64,000 bases of DNA from an uncultured Chitinophaga sp. (GTDB lineage Bacteria > Bacteroidota > Bacteroidia > Cytophagales > Cyclobacteriaceae). The stretch covers positions 3,901 to 67,900 of the forward strand of contig CBIHOZ010000009.1 of NCBI GenBank assembly GCA_966211525.1. The letters run 5' to 3'. Below are positions 10,024 through 20,593 of this stretch, in pieces. Below the pieces are notes generated by a model. That model did no database searches, was not told where the DNA came from, and worked only from the letters and a program-made list of their open reading frames with translations. The position numbers and the translations under genes were made by a program. The stretch's first letter is position 1; each line of letters begins with the position of its first letter.

Positions 10024-13000
10024 CTACTGTAGTTTGAAGCTAACGTTGAAGCCAATGCTTCTTGCAGAAGGAAGTTGACCAAACTCCAATCCCTGAACGT
10101 TAGTGTTGCTAAATGCAGTTTCTGGATCAATATGCGGCACCTTGCTGTAGAGTATAGCTAAATTTCTTCCGATCAGGGACACGTTAAGATCACGGAATGG
10201 AAGTTTTTCGAAAATGCTATTAGGAATTGTATAACCCAGTCTTATTTCTCTGAGTTTTATAAAGCTTGCATCAAACACACTTCCTTCTGCGACTGAATTT
10301 GAGAAGGCTGCTTTATTATACTCTTCAGCAGTAACAACAACATCATTCGGCTGGTATACTGGCGCATCGTCTGTACCAACGTTCATAACTCCCGCACCGG
10401 TGATACCTTCTTCTCTTCCTTTCAAAGTTTCATCAAGAACCCCGGCATAACGTCCCCAAGTTGTTGTCATCGTATAAAGGTCACCTCCACGCTTACCGTC
10501 AACCAACACAGACAAGTTTATTCCTTTATAGCTAAACTGATTCATTACGCCACCGGTCCAATCGGGAGTATAATTGCCCAGAACTTTTGCTGTCGGATCT
10601 ATTACAGGAAGCCCGGCTTCATGAATAATTCTGCCTTCAGGATCTCTTAAGTATCCGTATCCCACTAATGAACCAAATTTCTCTCCTGGTATAGCAGCAA
10701 CTTGCATACTCCAATATGTACCCAGTACATAGCTATCAACACCAGGTGCGAGAGACTCAACCCGGTTAACGTTTCTCGCAAAGTTCACAGTGATATCCCA
10801 CTGGAAGCCGCTTGCTGAACGAACAGGTGTGCCTGTTAATGCGACTTCAATACCTTTATTGGTAATTTCACCAGCATTTATATTCTTGGTTAAATATCCT
10901 GAAGCAGCTGATACCGGGATGCTAATGATCTGATCAGTTGTCTTAGCATCGTAGTAGGTAACATCCAATCCTATTCGATTACTTAAAAATCTAACTTCTG
11001 CACCAATTTCAATTGAAGAAGTGAACTGAGGATTTAATTCGTTGTTTGGAAGTTCGTTAGGCACAAACTGGTTTGGCAACTTAGTAGCAGCATTCCATGA
11101 ATCACCAAAGCTCATATAGTTTACCAATTTATAAGGATCGGTATCAGAACCTACTTTTGCCCAACCGGCTCTCACTTTTGCAAATGAAAGAGTCTCTGAC
11201 TGCATACCCAGCAAATCCGAGAGAACCGCGCTTACACTCACAGAAGGATAGAAGTAAGAATTGTTTCCATCAGGCAACGTGCTTGACCAGTCATTTCTAC
11301 CTGTGAAATCCAAGAACAATGAATTGAGGTAAGAAATCTGACCTGAGAAGTACAAGCTATTTATGCGTTTCTTTCTGTAGGCACTTGTTGTTCTGAGAGG
11401 AACTCTTGAGTTATTAAGAGTATAAACATCAGGAACAGCAAGCTCATCTGCGTTACCAGTTATTTGACTGGTAGTCTGATCCATTCTGTTACCACCAAGG
11501 TTTAAAGAGAAACCTACGTCCTCACTGAAATTCTTGTTAATCGAAACCAAGAAATCTGTATTAACTTCAGAGAAACTCAGTGATGTTTCGCTATAAGATC
11601 CATACGGACCATCGATATCTCCGAAAGCAGTTCTGCTAGAGTTTTTATTGGTATAGTAATCTGTACCTGTTCTAACAAACGCACTTAACCAGTCAGTAAA
11701 TTGATAGTTCGCACGGATGTTACCAAAGATGCGATTTCTATCAACCGGATTCAGGTTCTCATTAAGTGTAAAGTAAGGGTTGTTATGGTAGTTATAGTTC
11801 CAGCTATACTTGCTACCATCTTCGTTCTGATAGTTTTTCAAAGCGGCTATATCAACCTGTCTTCCAAACCAAATAAACTGCTGCATTACATTTTGTGCAC
11901 TGTAACCGTAACCAGGCAGGTTATCGCTATGTGTATTTACATAATTAGCAACCGTACTGATACTAAACTTATCGGTAAGACTTGCATTGGCGTTTAACGC
12001 TATGGTATTTTTATCTTGGTCAGTGTTTGGCACCATACCTTTTTGACGCTGATTGGTATAAGATAATCTTACACCTACTTTGTCTGATCCACCAGTAATT
12101 GCCACACTATTTGAAACTGTCGTGCCGGTTTCAAAAAAGTCCTTCACGTTGTCAGGATGTGAAACCCATGGAGTAGGTTGACGTACTCCATTTACTACAG
12201 GGGAATTGAATTGAGGAAGCATTAAGCCTGCATCAAGTTTAGGTCCCCAGCTTTCATCTGTGCCATCATTGATACCTCCGCCGGCACCGTTCACGAAACT
12301 AAACTGACCACCTGATCCTTGTCCATATTGGTTTTGAAAATCAGGAAGCTTTAATGGATTTTCGAAGGTAACGTTCGAATTTACCTGTATACCTAAACCT
12401 GATCCTTTACGTCCTGATTTTGTTGTCACCAGAATTACACCATTTGAAGCGCGCGACCCATACAATGCTGCTGCGTTAGGACCTTTCAGCACAGTGATTG
12501 ATTCAATATCATCCGGGTTCAAATCAGCAGCACCGTTACCACGATTGGCGCCTTCGGTACCTGTATCTGATCCTGTTCCCCCAGTAACATCTGAAAGACC
12601 GCCAAAGCTATTATTACTAATGGGTACACCGTCAACTACAAACAGTGGTTGGTTATTACCAAAAGAGTTCGCACCGCGAATTACTATACGAGATGATGAA
12701 CCCACAGCGCCTGATGAGCTAGTGATGTTTACACCTGCAATTTTTCCTGTTAGTGAATTGACAATATTAGTTTCTCTTGCCTTAAGAAGTTCATCGCTGT
12801 TTACCTCCTGAACAGAGTATCCTAGTGCTTTTTTCTGTTGTTCAACACCAAAAGCGGTCACAACAACTTCACTCAATTGCTGTACGTCTTGAGCCATCTG
12901 CACGTCAACGTTGCTCCTGCTTCCAATTTCAATCTCTTGTGAAACCAGGCCAATAAACGTGAAAACTAAAATTCCCCCTTGGGAAGGGGCGCTCACAGAG

Positions 13001-13185
13001 TAGTTACCATTTACATCCGTAACTGTACCATTAGTAGTACCCTTTACCACAACGTTTACCCCCGGAAGACCTGATCCATCTTCAACAGAGGTAACCCGAC
13101 CGGAGACTGTTCGCTCCTGTGCCCACAATTCGCTACTGGCGAATGCAAACACCGCTGTTAAGCATACGAGTAGAATTCTCTTCAT
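10024..13185 (-). CDS. SusC/RagA family TonB-dependent transporter
   Basis: N-terminal carboxypeptidase-like domain, QPLFVVDG, DLNPDDIESITVLKGPNAAALYGSRASNGVILVTTK plug signature. Confidence 0.96.
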   Translation of the reverse strand: MKRILLVCLTAVFAFASSELWAQERTVSGRVTSVEDGSGLPGVNVVVKGTTNGTVTDVNGNYSVSAPSQGGILVFTFIGLVSQEIEIGSRSNVDVQMAQDVQQLSEVVVTAFGVEQQKKALGYSVQEVNSDELLKARETNIVNSLTGKIAGVNITSSSGAVGSSSRIVIRGANSFGNNQPLFVVDGVPISNNSFGGLSDVTGGTGSDTGTEGANRGNGAADLNPDDIESITVLKGPNAAALYGSRASNGVILVTTKSGRKGSGLGIQVNSNVTFENPLKLPDFQNQYGQGSGGQFSFVNGAGGGINDGTDESWGPKLDAGLMLPQFNSPVVNGVRQPTPWVSHPDNVKDFFETGTTVSNSVAITGGSDKVGVRLSYTNQRQKGMVPNTDQDKNTIALNANASLTDKFSISTVANYVNTHSDNLPGYGYSAQNVMQQFIWFGRQVDIAALKNYQNEDGSKYSWNYNYHNNPYFTLNENLNPVDRNRIFGNIRANYQFTDWLSAFVRTGTDYYTNKNSSRTAFGDIDGPYGSYSETSLSFSEVNTDFLVSINKNFSEDVGFSLNLGGNRMDQTTSQITGNADELAVPDVYTLNNSRVPLRTTSAYRKKRINSLYFSGQISYLNSLFLDFTGRNDWSSTLPDGNNSYFYPSVSVSAVLSDLLGMQSETLSFAKVRAGWAKVGSDTDPYKLVNYMSFGDSWNAATKLPNQFVPNELPNNELNPQFTSSIEIGAEVRFLSNRIGLDVTYYDAKTTDQIISIPVSAASGYLTKNINAGEITNKGIEVALTGTPVRSASGFQWDITVNFARNVNRVESLAPGVDSYVLGTYWSMQVAAIPGEKFGSLVGYGYLRDPEGRIIHEAGLPVIDPTAKVLGNYTPDWTGGVMNQFSYKGINLSVLVDGKRGGDLYTMTTTWGRYAGVLDETLKGREEGITGAGVMNVGTDDAPVYQPNDVVVTAEEYNKAAFSNSVAEGSVFDASFIKLREIRLGYTIPNSIFEKLPFRDLNVSLIGRNLAILYSKVPHIDPETAFSNTNVQGLEFGQLPSARSIGFNVSFKLQ

Positions 13186-13577
13186 ACTGTAAAATTTAGG
13201 TTAATGAAAATTTAAATACGCGATCAAACTTATAACAAAATAATAACTCCCGAAAGGTGAGTACCTCAAAATTTAGTATTTTAACATTAAAAAAATACCT
13301 CTACTGAGGTTATTTTAAATCATTAAGCTAATTGTTGTTAGTATTTAAAAAATGTTTAAACAATTTACAGGCGTTTTTTGCAATTGGGTGATAAACAGGT
13401 AGTAATAACCTGTAATTTACAGAGCAGTTCTTATCAACGCTTCCATCAGCTGATACGAAAGCTCCGAAAACTCTACCTATTTGGTGTAAGTAGGCTTTTA
13501 ATAATACGTTCGCAATGGATATACGGCAACTGCACGGTTTCTTTTGAAACCTGTTGATGTCGAGAGCCGGATGTTAA

Positions 13578-15512
13578 TCACTTGATGATCTTGAACTCGA
13601 TTCTGCGATTGAGTTGTCGCGAGGCCTCTGTATCGTTTGGCGCGATGGGTTGATCAGGGCCGTAGCCTTTCGGCGTAAGCCTGCTCTTCTCAATTCCGTT
13701 GGTGGTAAGATAATTATATACTGCTGAGGCACGTTTTTCAGAAAGCTGTTTGTTGTAAGTAGCAGAACCTAAGTTATCCGTATGGCCACCAATCTCCACT
13801 CTGATCTTAGGATTCTCGGTAAGGAAGCGGATTATTTTTTTAAGCTCGGTAATCGAGTTATCCTTCAACTCATATTTATCCAGGTCAAAGAAAATGTTGT
13901 TCAGGATAACCGTTGAACCTACTGAAGCCTTCTCTAAATCTATATCCAGCACGATCGGCTGAAAATCGAAAGACTCTTTATAGTTAAAGTGCAGACTCTT
14001 GAACAGGTATTGTTTCTTGTTAACATATAAAGCATAGTCTGCGCCTTGTGTTAACACGATCAGATACTCCCCGGTAACTGAATCGGATTGCACTAATGAC
14101 TCCGTATGGTTTTTCGATATATTAATGAGTTCTATATGGGCACTGAGTACTTGCCTTGTCTTCTTATCGCGAACTATACCCGTTACATAATTACTCCTAT
14201 ATTTTACCTGGCTCTCTTCGGGAATCTGCATCTCAAATATTCTGCTTCTTGTTGAACCCGGACTTACAATTTCTTCATGTGAATAATATCCCTTTTTACC
14301 ATCAGCCGTGATGAACAAAGAGAATTGATCATCGTGGTTGTTGATGGGAGCGCCTATATTTTTAGGAGCAGACCAACCTGTTGAATCTTTCTCTACCGAG
14401 TATAAATCGTAGCCACCAAAACCCGGCAAACCATTCGATGCAAAATATAGTGTCTTATTATTTGCATGGATGAATGGAGAGATCTCATCAAACGCTGAGT
14501 TTATTGGCTTGCCTGCATTGACAGCCTTTGTCCATTTTCCAAATTCATCCTGTGTTGACATCCATATATCTCTCCTGCCCAATCCAGATCTTCTGTCGGA
14601 TACAAAATATAGCGTTCGCCCATCAGCAGAAAGTGTTGGCTGCGATTCCCACGCACCACTGTTTACGTTCGGACCAAGATTTTTAGGTTCTGTCCAATCG
14701 TCTCCTATCTTTTTACTCTCATATAGATCACAACTGCCGAATCCTTCACGGCCTATACACGATGTAAAGATCAAGTTGCGTCCATCGGCAGATATAGCGC
14801 ACGTTCCTTCATTTAAACGTGTGTTGATATTTTTAGAAATGGAAACCGGAGTAGTCCATCTTCCTTGTGAATTCTTCTTTGATACAACCAGGTCTTCATC
14901 GGCATTGGGATCGTTGCTTATCCTACGCGTAAAAATCAATTGCTGCTGATCTGCCGTGAGCACCGGAAAATACTGCATCGGAAAAGCATTTACCGTATCG
15001 CTCAATGGCTTTTGTTTATAGGCTGATGCGTTGTCTTTATTCTTAAATGCAAACTCGGCACTTTTGAATAACGAAGCTGCCCGATCGACCTTCTGTCTGT
15101 TTTGTGTCTCGTTATTAACAAAGGCACTCAGCACCTTCATTGCTTTCTCGTATTCGCCAATCGATATATAGGCTTCACCCATATCATACCAGAATACTTT
15201 TTGCTTGCGCAGATCGTTTGTCAGGCTCAGCCCCTTCTCAAAATTTTTCAGCGCATCGGCATAGCTCTTCATGTTAAGATACACGAGCCCGAGGCGATAG
15301 TACGCTTCCACAAAATTCTCGTCTTTCTCGATCGCCTGATTTAGCAAGCTTATTGCCTGACTGAATTGTCCGCGTACACGATAGTTGTCGGCTTGTGTAT
15401 AGAATTCAATTGCCTTTTTTGACTTGGTGCTTAGTTGTACCTGGGCTGTAGCAGATAATGCGAACAGTATAAAGAAAAAAATAAAAAGGCGTTTCATTGA
15501 AGCGGTGTTCAT
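13578..15512 (-). CDS. OmpA family protein with TPR and PD40 repeats (PorE-like architecture)
   Basis: N-terminal TPRs, PD40 repeats (SQPTLSADGRTLYFVSDR), C-terminal OmpA (GHTDN...LSEKRA...NRRIEF). Confidence 0.88.
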   Translation of the reverse strand: MNTASMKRLFIFFFILFALSATAQVQLSTKSKKAIEFYTQADNYRVRGQFSQAISLLNQAIEKDENFVEAYYRLGLVYLNMKSYADALKNFEKGLSLTNDLRKQKVFWYDMGEAYISIGEYEKAMKVLSAFVNNETQNRQKVDRAASLFKSAEFAFKNKDNASAYKQKPLSDTVNAFPMQYFPVLTADQQQLIFTRRISNDPNADEDLVVSKKNSQGRWTTPVSISKNINTRLNEGTCAISADGRNLIFTSCIGREGFGSCDLYESKKIGDDWTEPKNLGPNVNSGAWESQPTLSADGRTLYFVSDRRSGLGRRDIWMSTQDEFGKWTKAVNAGKPINSAFDEISPFIHANNKTLYFASNGLPGFGGYDLYSVEKDSTGWSAPKNIGAPINNHDDQFSLFITADGKKGYYSHEEIVSPGSTRSRIFEMQIPEESQVKYRSNYVTGIVRDKKTRQVLSAHIELINISKNHTESLVQSDSVTGEYLIVLTQGADYALYVNKKQYLFKSLHFNYKESFDFQPIVLDIDLEKASVGSTVILNNIFFDLDKYELKDNSITELKKIIRFLTENPKIRVEIGGHTDNLGSATYNKQLSEKRASAVYNYLTTNGIEKSRLTPKGYGPDQPIAPNDTEASRQLNRRIEFKIIK

Positions 15513-15555
15513 TAACAGGCAGAATACTATTTACAAAAATGATTCTTGCCTAAAA

Positions 15556-16152
15556 CTAAAAAACTATGTTGGATACGTCAATCTCATCGCCGTCAAATTC
15601 AAACATGGCGTTGATGAGCTTAAAAGATTGGAACGTGCGGATATCCTCCATCCGAATATCATCTTCCTGGATAATATTCTGTTCCAGCAATTTCTGGCGT
15701 TGGGTGCCCTTCAACAAAGCTGACCACGGTGTAACCCAGTGATTGTTTTTTCTGAACACAATATTCGAATACGATGAGTCGGTAACAAACCCGCGCTTTA
15801 CAATCAATATATCATCACAATCCTTACGGAGCTCATACAAACGATTAATCAATTTCCGATCGGTATACTTGAACTCGTAATTGATGCGATCGTGCTCTAC
15901 CACGCGCAGACTTTGTATCTTTTTATATTGATAAGGCTGAAACTCTATCTCACGCGAAGTATCATCATATACAATGCGGCATTTAAAAAGTCCCTGCGTT
16001 GGGACGTCTACCTTTGAGAGAAATATTTCGAGGTCAACATGATCGTGCACACCACAAAGTGATTTCAACGAACGATTCATGCGCTGCTCATGATGCGATA
16101 AGTTGTAAAATGTTCCGTCCAGTAATTTTATCGATTCAATCAACAGGGACAT
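15556..16152 (-). CDS. Aminotransferase class IV / 4-amino-4-deoxychorismate lyase-like (PabC)
   Basis: H..RM, YKYTDR, LLKGTQR motifs; overlaps the pabB stop. Confidence 0.8.
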   Translation of the reverse strand: MSLLIESIKLLDGTFYNLSHHEQRMNRSLKSLCGVHDHVDLEIFLSKVDVPTQGLFKCRIVYDDTSREIEFQPYQYKKIQSLRVVEHDRINYEFKYTDRKLINRLYELRKDCDDILIVKRGFVTDSSYSNIVFRKNNHWVTPWSALLKGTQRQKLLEQNIIQEDDIRMEDIRTFQSFKLINAMFEFDGDEIDVSNIVF

Positions 16153-17104
16153 ATACTTTATCTATGGTTTCCTGATACTCTGCCTCCGCTATACTTTGTG
16201 TTGTTATTCCTCCACCACTCCGGTAAAAAAATGTGCCGTTCTTTTTTTCGATGAAACGAATCATTACACCGCAATCCAGGTTTTCGCCATCAAAATATCC
16301 TACAACGCCTGTATAATAGCCTCGTTTTTCCTGCTCGGCCTGCTGTATAATCTCTACCGTTTTGGTTTTAGGAGCTCCGCTAATGGAACCTGCCGGAAGT
16401 AACGTCACCAGTATATTTCCCAACGCTGAGCGATAGTCGTCAGGCAGATCGCCAACAATTTCAGAGCTCACCTGTAACAAATTCTTGTTACTGGTTTTTA
16501 TCTCTTCAATATAGCGAAAACGATTAACGTTTACATGCATGGCTACCTGACTAAGATCGTTCCGGATCAAATCAACAATGGTTGTATGCTCAGCTTCTTC
16601 TTTCCGGTTGCTCAGAATTACTTCGCGCGCATTCGGGTACGAAGCATCGATGGTGCCTTTCATCGGGTATGAAAAAATTTTCTTGCCCTTTATCTGAATG
16701 AATGTCTCGGGAGAAAATACCAGCAGCTCGTCCTTCATCCAGATTTTGTACCGGGCGCGACTCTGGTAAAACAAATCCTCTAATGAAGCATATAGGGTTA
16801 TCGGAGTTTTCACAGTGAGGTTTGTAAGGAATGAATCGCCATACGCCAACCGATCGTATACCAGATCGAATTTTTTCTTATATACTTCGAATGAGACCGG
16901 TGATATATCTATACGACCCGGCACGTTTCGAGGATCGGCCGTTGTATTTGTGAAGCCGTTGATATTATATCGAAATATACTGCTATCAATATCATCAAGC
17001 CTTTTAATGACGGGTTTCTCCATTTCGAAATCCACCATAAACAAAAAAGGGACTTTATCTCGTCCCCATGTATTCATTGTCTCGATGAACGTTGCTAAAG
17101 TCAT
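16136..17104 (-). CDS. pabB: Aminodeoxychorismate synthase component I
   Basis: SPETF, PMKGT, EHTTIVDLIRNDL, PAGSISGAPK, RGYYTG, SGGGIT motifs. Confidence 0.92.
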   Translation of the reverse strand: MTLATFIETMNTWGRDKVPFLFMVDFEMEKPVIKRLDDIDSSIFRYNINGFTNTTADPRNVPGRIDISPVSFEVYKKKFDLVYDRLAYGDSFLTNLTVKTPITLYASLEDLFYQSRARYKIWMKDELLVFSPETFIQIKGKKIFSYPMKGTIDASYPNAREVILSNRKEEAEHTTIVDLIRNDLSQVAMHVNVNRFRYIEEIKTSNKNLLQVSSEIVGDLPDDYRSALGNILVTLLPAGSISGAPKTKTVEIIQQAEQEKRGYYTGVVGYFDGENLDCGVMIRFIEKKNGTFFYRSGGGITTQSIAEAEYQETIDKVYVPVD

Positions 17105-17105
17105 C

Positions 17106-17738
17106 TTACGGAATATTCATATACTTATGTACCTGTAATGACACCTGCCACTGTGGATGTGCCTTTACATAGTCGATGATCAGCGGCAGCATTTCTTTTT
17201 CTTTCGACCACTCCGGCTGCAAATATAGCTGGCACGAAGAGCGAACTTTAGACGCAAATCCTTCTGCCCAACTGAAATCACTTTTGTTATATATAATTAC
17301 TTTGAGTTCATCTGCTTTTTCAAATATAGTCGGGTCTGGATTTTTGAATTTCTTCGGAGAGAAACAAACCCAATCCCACGTTCCGGTTAACGGATATACT
17401 CCGGATGTCTCAATGTGCGTTCGAACGCCTGTATCCTTTATAGCTTTAGTAAGTCCGGTAAGATCATACATAACGGGCTCGCCCCCGGTAATAACAGCAA
17501 TGGGAGTACCGCTTGCTTTAACGCGCGAAGCCATCTCCTTCACATCAACCAACGGATGGGCTTGAGCATCCCACGATTCTTTTACATCGCACCAAACACA
17601 ACCTACATCGCATCCACCCAAACGAAGAAAATAAGCAGCAGAGCCCTGATAATACCCTTCTCCCTGAATGGTATAAAAATCCTCCATTAAAGGAAGGGCT
17701 AGCTGTTTTGTTTCGTTAATAGTTTCCGGCATTGGCAT
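17106..17738 (-). CDS. queE: 7-carboxy-7-deazaguanine synthase (radical SAM)
   Basis: FYTIQGEG, GCDVGCVWCD, ITGGEP, SLQVHK. Start placed at ATG 17738 (17732 also possible) rather than the ORF-track 17819, which overlaps folD. Confidence 0.92.
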   Translation of the reverse strand: MPMPETINETKQLALPLMEDFYTIQGEGYYQGSAAYFLRLGGCDVGCVWCDVKESWDAQAHPLVDVKEMASRVKASGTPIAVITGGEPVMYDLTGLTKAIKDTGVRTHIETSGVYPLTGTWDWVCFSPKKFKNPDPTIFEKADELKVIIYNKSDFSWAEGFASKVRSSCQLYLQPEWSKEKEMLPLIIDYVKAHPQWQVSLQVHKYMNIP

Positions 17739-17766
17739 TGGGCCATTAGCCCGATGGAAATATATA

Positions 17767-18660
17767 CTATGGATTCTGGAGTTCTGTAGCGCGCAGCGTA
17801 TTGAACAACAACGAAGCAATGGTCATGGGTCCAACACCACCCGGAACAGGCGTAATGTACGATGCCTTCGGAGCTACCGCTTTAAAATCAACATCGCCTT
17901 TTATAGCCCAGCCTTTCGGGTATTCCGGACCTTCCACACGCGTTGTACCTATATCTATCACCACGGCTCCTTCTTTCACCATGTCTGCTGTGATCAGCCC
18001 CGGTTTACCAACGGCAACCAGGAGTATATCTGCAGCGCGTGTAAAGGTCGGCAGGTCTTTGGTATACTTATGACAGATCGTTACGGTAGCGTGTCCAATC
18101 TCGGTAAGCATCATGCTGAGTGGAGCACCGGTTATACGACTCGCTCCTACTACTACGGCATGTTTACCTTCCGTTTCAATGTTATACCTGCGCAACAATT
18201 CCATTACTCCAAACGGAGTAGCAGGCATCAGCAAAGGCTTTTTCGAAATTATACTTCCGAAGTTGTGATTGGTGAATCCATCAACATCTTTATCCGAGCG
18301 GATCTTTTCAGTAACACGCTCTACAGAGATATGCGGAGGTAATGGAAGCTGAACGATAAAGCCATCCACATCGTCATCGTTATTGACATGATCGATGTGT
18401 TTAAGCAATTTTTCTTCGCTGATGGTATCAGCAAAGCGCATCATGGTATAATGAAAGCCAACCGATTTACATGCCTTTACTTTATTATCGACATACGTCT
18501 GACTGGCACCATCATCACCAACGAGAATGATTGCGAGGTGCGGCACTTTCTTGCCTGCCTCTTTACGTTCGGCTACTTTCTGCGCAATTTCATTTTTGAT
18601 GTCGACTGCTATCTTCTTGCCATCAATAAGCGTATAGGATGTCTGTACGGTGTCCTGCAT
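17767..18660 (-). CDS. folD: Methylenetetrahydrofolate dehydrogenase/cyclohydrolase
   Basis: IVQLPLP, KDVDG, PATPFG, VIDIG, TPVPGGVGPMT. Confidence 0.96.
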   Translation of the reverse strand: MQDTVQTSYTLIDGKKIAVDIKNEIAQKVAERKEAGKKVPHLAIILVGDDGASQTYVDNKVKACKSVGFHYTMMRFADTISEEKLLKHIDHVNNDDDVDGFIVQLPLPPHISVERVTEKIRSDKDVDGFTNHNFGSIISKKPLLMPATPFGVMELLRRYNIETEGKHAVVVGASRITGAPLSMMLTEIGHATVTICHKYTKDLPTFTRAADILLVAVGKPGLITADMVKEGAVVIDIGTTRVEGPEYPKGWAIKGDVDFKAVAPKASYITPVPGGVGPMTIASLLFNTLRATELQNP

Positions 18661-18678
18661 TTATACTATATCTGAATA

Positions 18679-20463
18679 TTAATCGATCTTTAAAACTGCC
18701 ATGAACGCTTCCTGCGGAACTTCTACGGTTCCGATCTGACGCATGCGCTTTTTACCTTTCTTCTGCTTTTCCAAAAGTTTACGCTTACGCGATATATCAC
18801 CACCGTAACATTTCGCGATCACGTTCTTGCGTATAGCACTAATGGTTTCGCGTGCTACGATCTTCTGTCCTATAGCAGCCTGAATTGCCACTTCAAACAT
18901 GTGGCGAGGTATTAGTTCTTTCAGTTTTTCGCAAAGCTTTCTTCCCCATTCCTGCGACTTACCACGGTGAACGATAGCGCTCAACGCATCTACCTTATCA
19001 CCGTTCAACATCACATCCAGCTTTACCATGTCTGATTCACGGAAGCCGATAAGATGATAGTCAAGAGAAGCATAGCCGCGTGATATAGACTTAAGCTTGT
19101 CAAAGAAGTCGAATACAATTTCTGATAACGGCATTTCAAACGACATCTCTACGCGATCGGTAGTAAGATAATTCTGGTTCTTGATGATACCACGCTTATC
19201 CATACACAGCGTAATGATAGGACCTATATATTCAGCTTTTGAAATGATCTGAGCTTTGATATAGGGCTCTTCTATACTTTTCAGTTTTGTAGGATCAGGC
19301 ATTTCAGACGGAGCATTGATGCTGACTTCTGAACCATCGGTAAGGTATGCTTTGAACTGTACAGAAGGCACGGTAGTTATAACCGTCATGTTGAACTCAC
19401 GTTCCAAACGCTCCTGTATAATTTCCATGTGCAACATGCCGAGGAATCCGCAGCGGAAACCAAAGCCTAATGCAGCAGATGTTTCAAGCTCCCATACCAG
19501 TGAAGCATCGTTGAGCTGAAGTTTTTCCATCGCATCGCGAAGTTCTTCAAACTCTGAAGTCTCTACCGGATATATACCTGCAAATACCATCGGCTTAACC
19601 TGTTCAAATCCTTTCAGGGATTCGCCCGGATTTGTCGTACTGGTAATGGTATCCCCTACGTGCACTTCGCTGGCAACTTTGATCCCTGAAATCAGATAGC
19701 CTACATTCCCCGCGCTTATTTCATTACGTGGCTGCTTATCGAGTTTCAGTACACCAATCTCATCTGCGTTATATTCTTTGTTGGTGCTGATGAATTTTAC
19801 CTTATCACCTTTCTTGATCGATCCATTGAAAACGCGGAAGTAAATTTCAATTCCTCTGAACGAGTTGAACACCGAGTCGAAGATCATGGCCTGCAACGGA
19901 GCATTTGTATTTCCTTTCGGAGGGCGAACGCGGTGCACTACAGCCTTCAATATTTCTTCAATACCTTTCCCTTCTTTCGCGCTGGCACGAATTACATCTT
20001 CGCGTTTGCAGCCGATCAGTTCTACGATCTCGTCTGTTACCTCCTCCGGCATAGCATGCGGAAGATCGATCTTGTTCATCACCGGAATAATTTCCAGGTC
20101 ATGCTCAAGCGCGAGGTATAAATTAGATATAGTTTGTGCTTCAATTCCCTGACTGGCATCTACAATCAAAAGAGCTCCTTCACAGGCTGCTATTGAACGC
20201 GAAACTTCGTAAGAGAAGTCAACGTGGCCCGGAGTATCAATCAGGTTCAGAATATATTCTTTGCCATCCAGTTTATAGTTCATCTGGATCGCGTGCGCCT
20301 TGATGGTGATTCCTTTTTCTTTTTCCAGATCCATGTTGTCAAGAACCTGGGCCTCCATCTGGCGTTCATTCAATGTGCCCGTAAACTCAAGCAGGCGGTC
20401 AGCCAGCGTGCTTTTACCGTGGTCGATATGGGCTATTATGCAAAAATTGCGGATGTTTTCCAT
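18679..20463 (-). CDS. lepA: Elongation factor 4 (LepA)
   Basis: [38 protein letters not shown]; TACTTTTG promoter element on the minus strand at 20494-20501. Confidence 0.98.
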   Translation of the reverse strand: MENIRNFCIIAHIDHGKSTLADRLLEFTGTLNERQMEAQVLDNMDLEKEKGITIKAHAIQMNYKLDGKEYILNLIDTPGHVDFSYEVSRSIAACEGALLIVDASQGIEAQTISNLYLALEHDLEIIPVMNKIDLPHAMPEEVTDEIVELIGCKREDVIRASAKEGKGIEEILKAVVHRVRPPKGNTNAPLQAMIFDSVFNSFRGIEIYFRVFNGSIKKGDKVKFISTNKEYNADEIGVLKLDKQPRNEISAGNVGYLISGIKVASEVHVGDTITSTTNPGESLKGFEQVKPMVFAGIYPVETSEFEELRDAMEKLQLNDASLVWELETSAALGFGFRCGFLGMLHMEIIQERLEREFNMTVITTVPSVQFKAYLTDGSEVSINAPSEMPDPTKLKSIEEPYIKAQIISKAEYIGPIITLCMDKRGIIKNQNYLTTDRVEMSFEMPLSEIVFDFFDKLKSISRGYASLDYHLIGFRESDMVKLDVMLNGDKVDALSAIVHRGKSQEWGRKLCEKLKELIPRHMFEVAIQAAIGQKIVARETISAIRKNVIAKCYGGDISRKRKLLEKQKKGKKRMRQIGTVEVPQEAFMAVLKID

Positions 20464-20593
20464 TCCCGTCTGCTCCTCAAAAATTTAGGAATGCAAAAGT
20501 AGGAAATTATTGGCGGATTAAACTGTAGATCAGGAGGGTTTGAACTATAAATCTGCACGATTTCATTCGCCAAATCAGTTCGCTCGGACAACT

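Noticed and set aside
13186-13577. Riboswitch or sRNA in the susC upstream region
   Set aside because: AT-rich with only weak hairpins; no recognisable riboswitch consensus.
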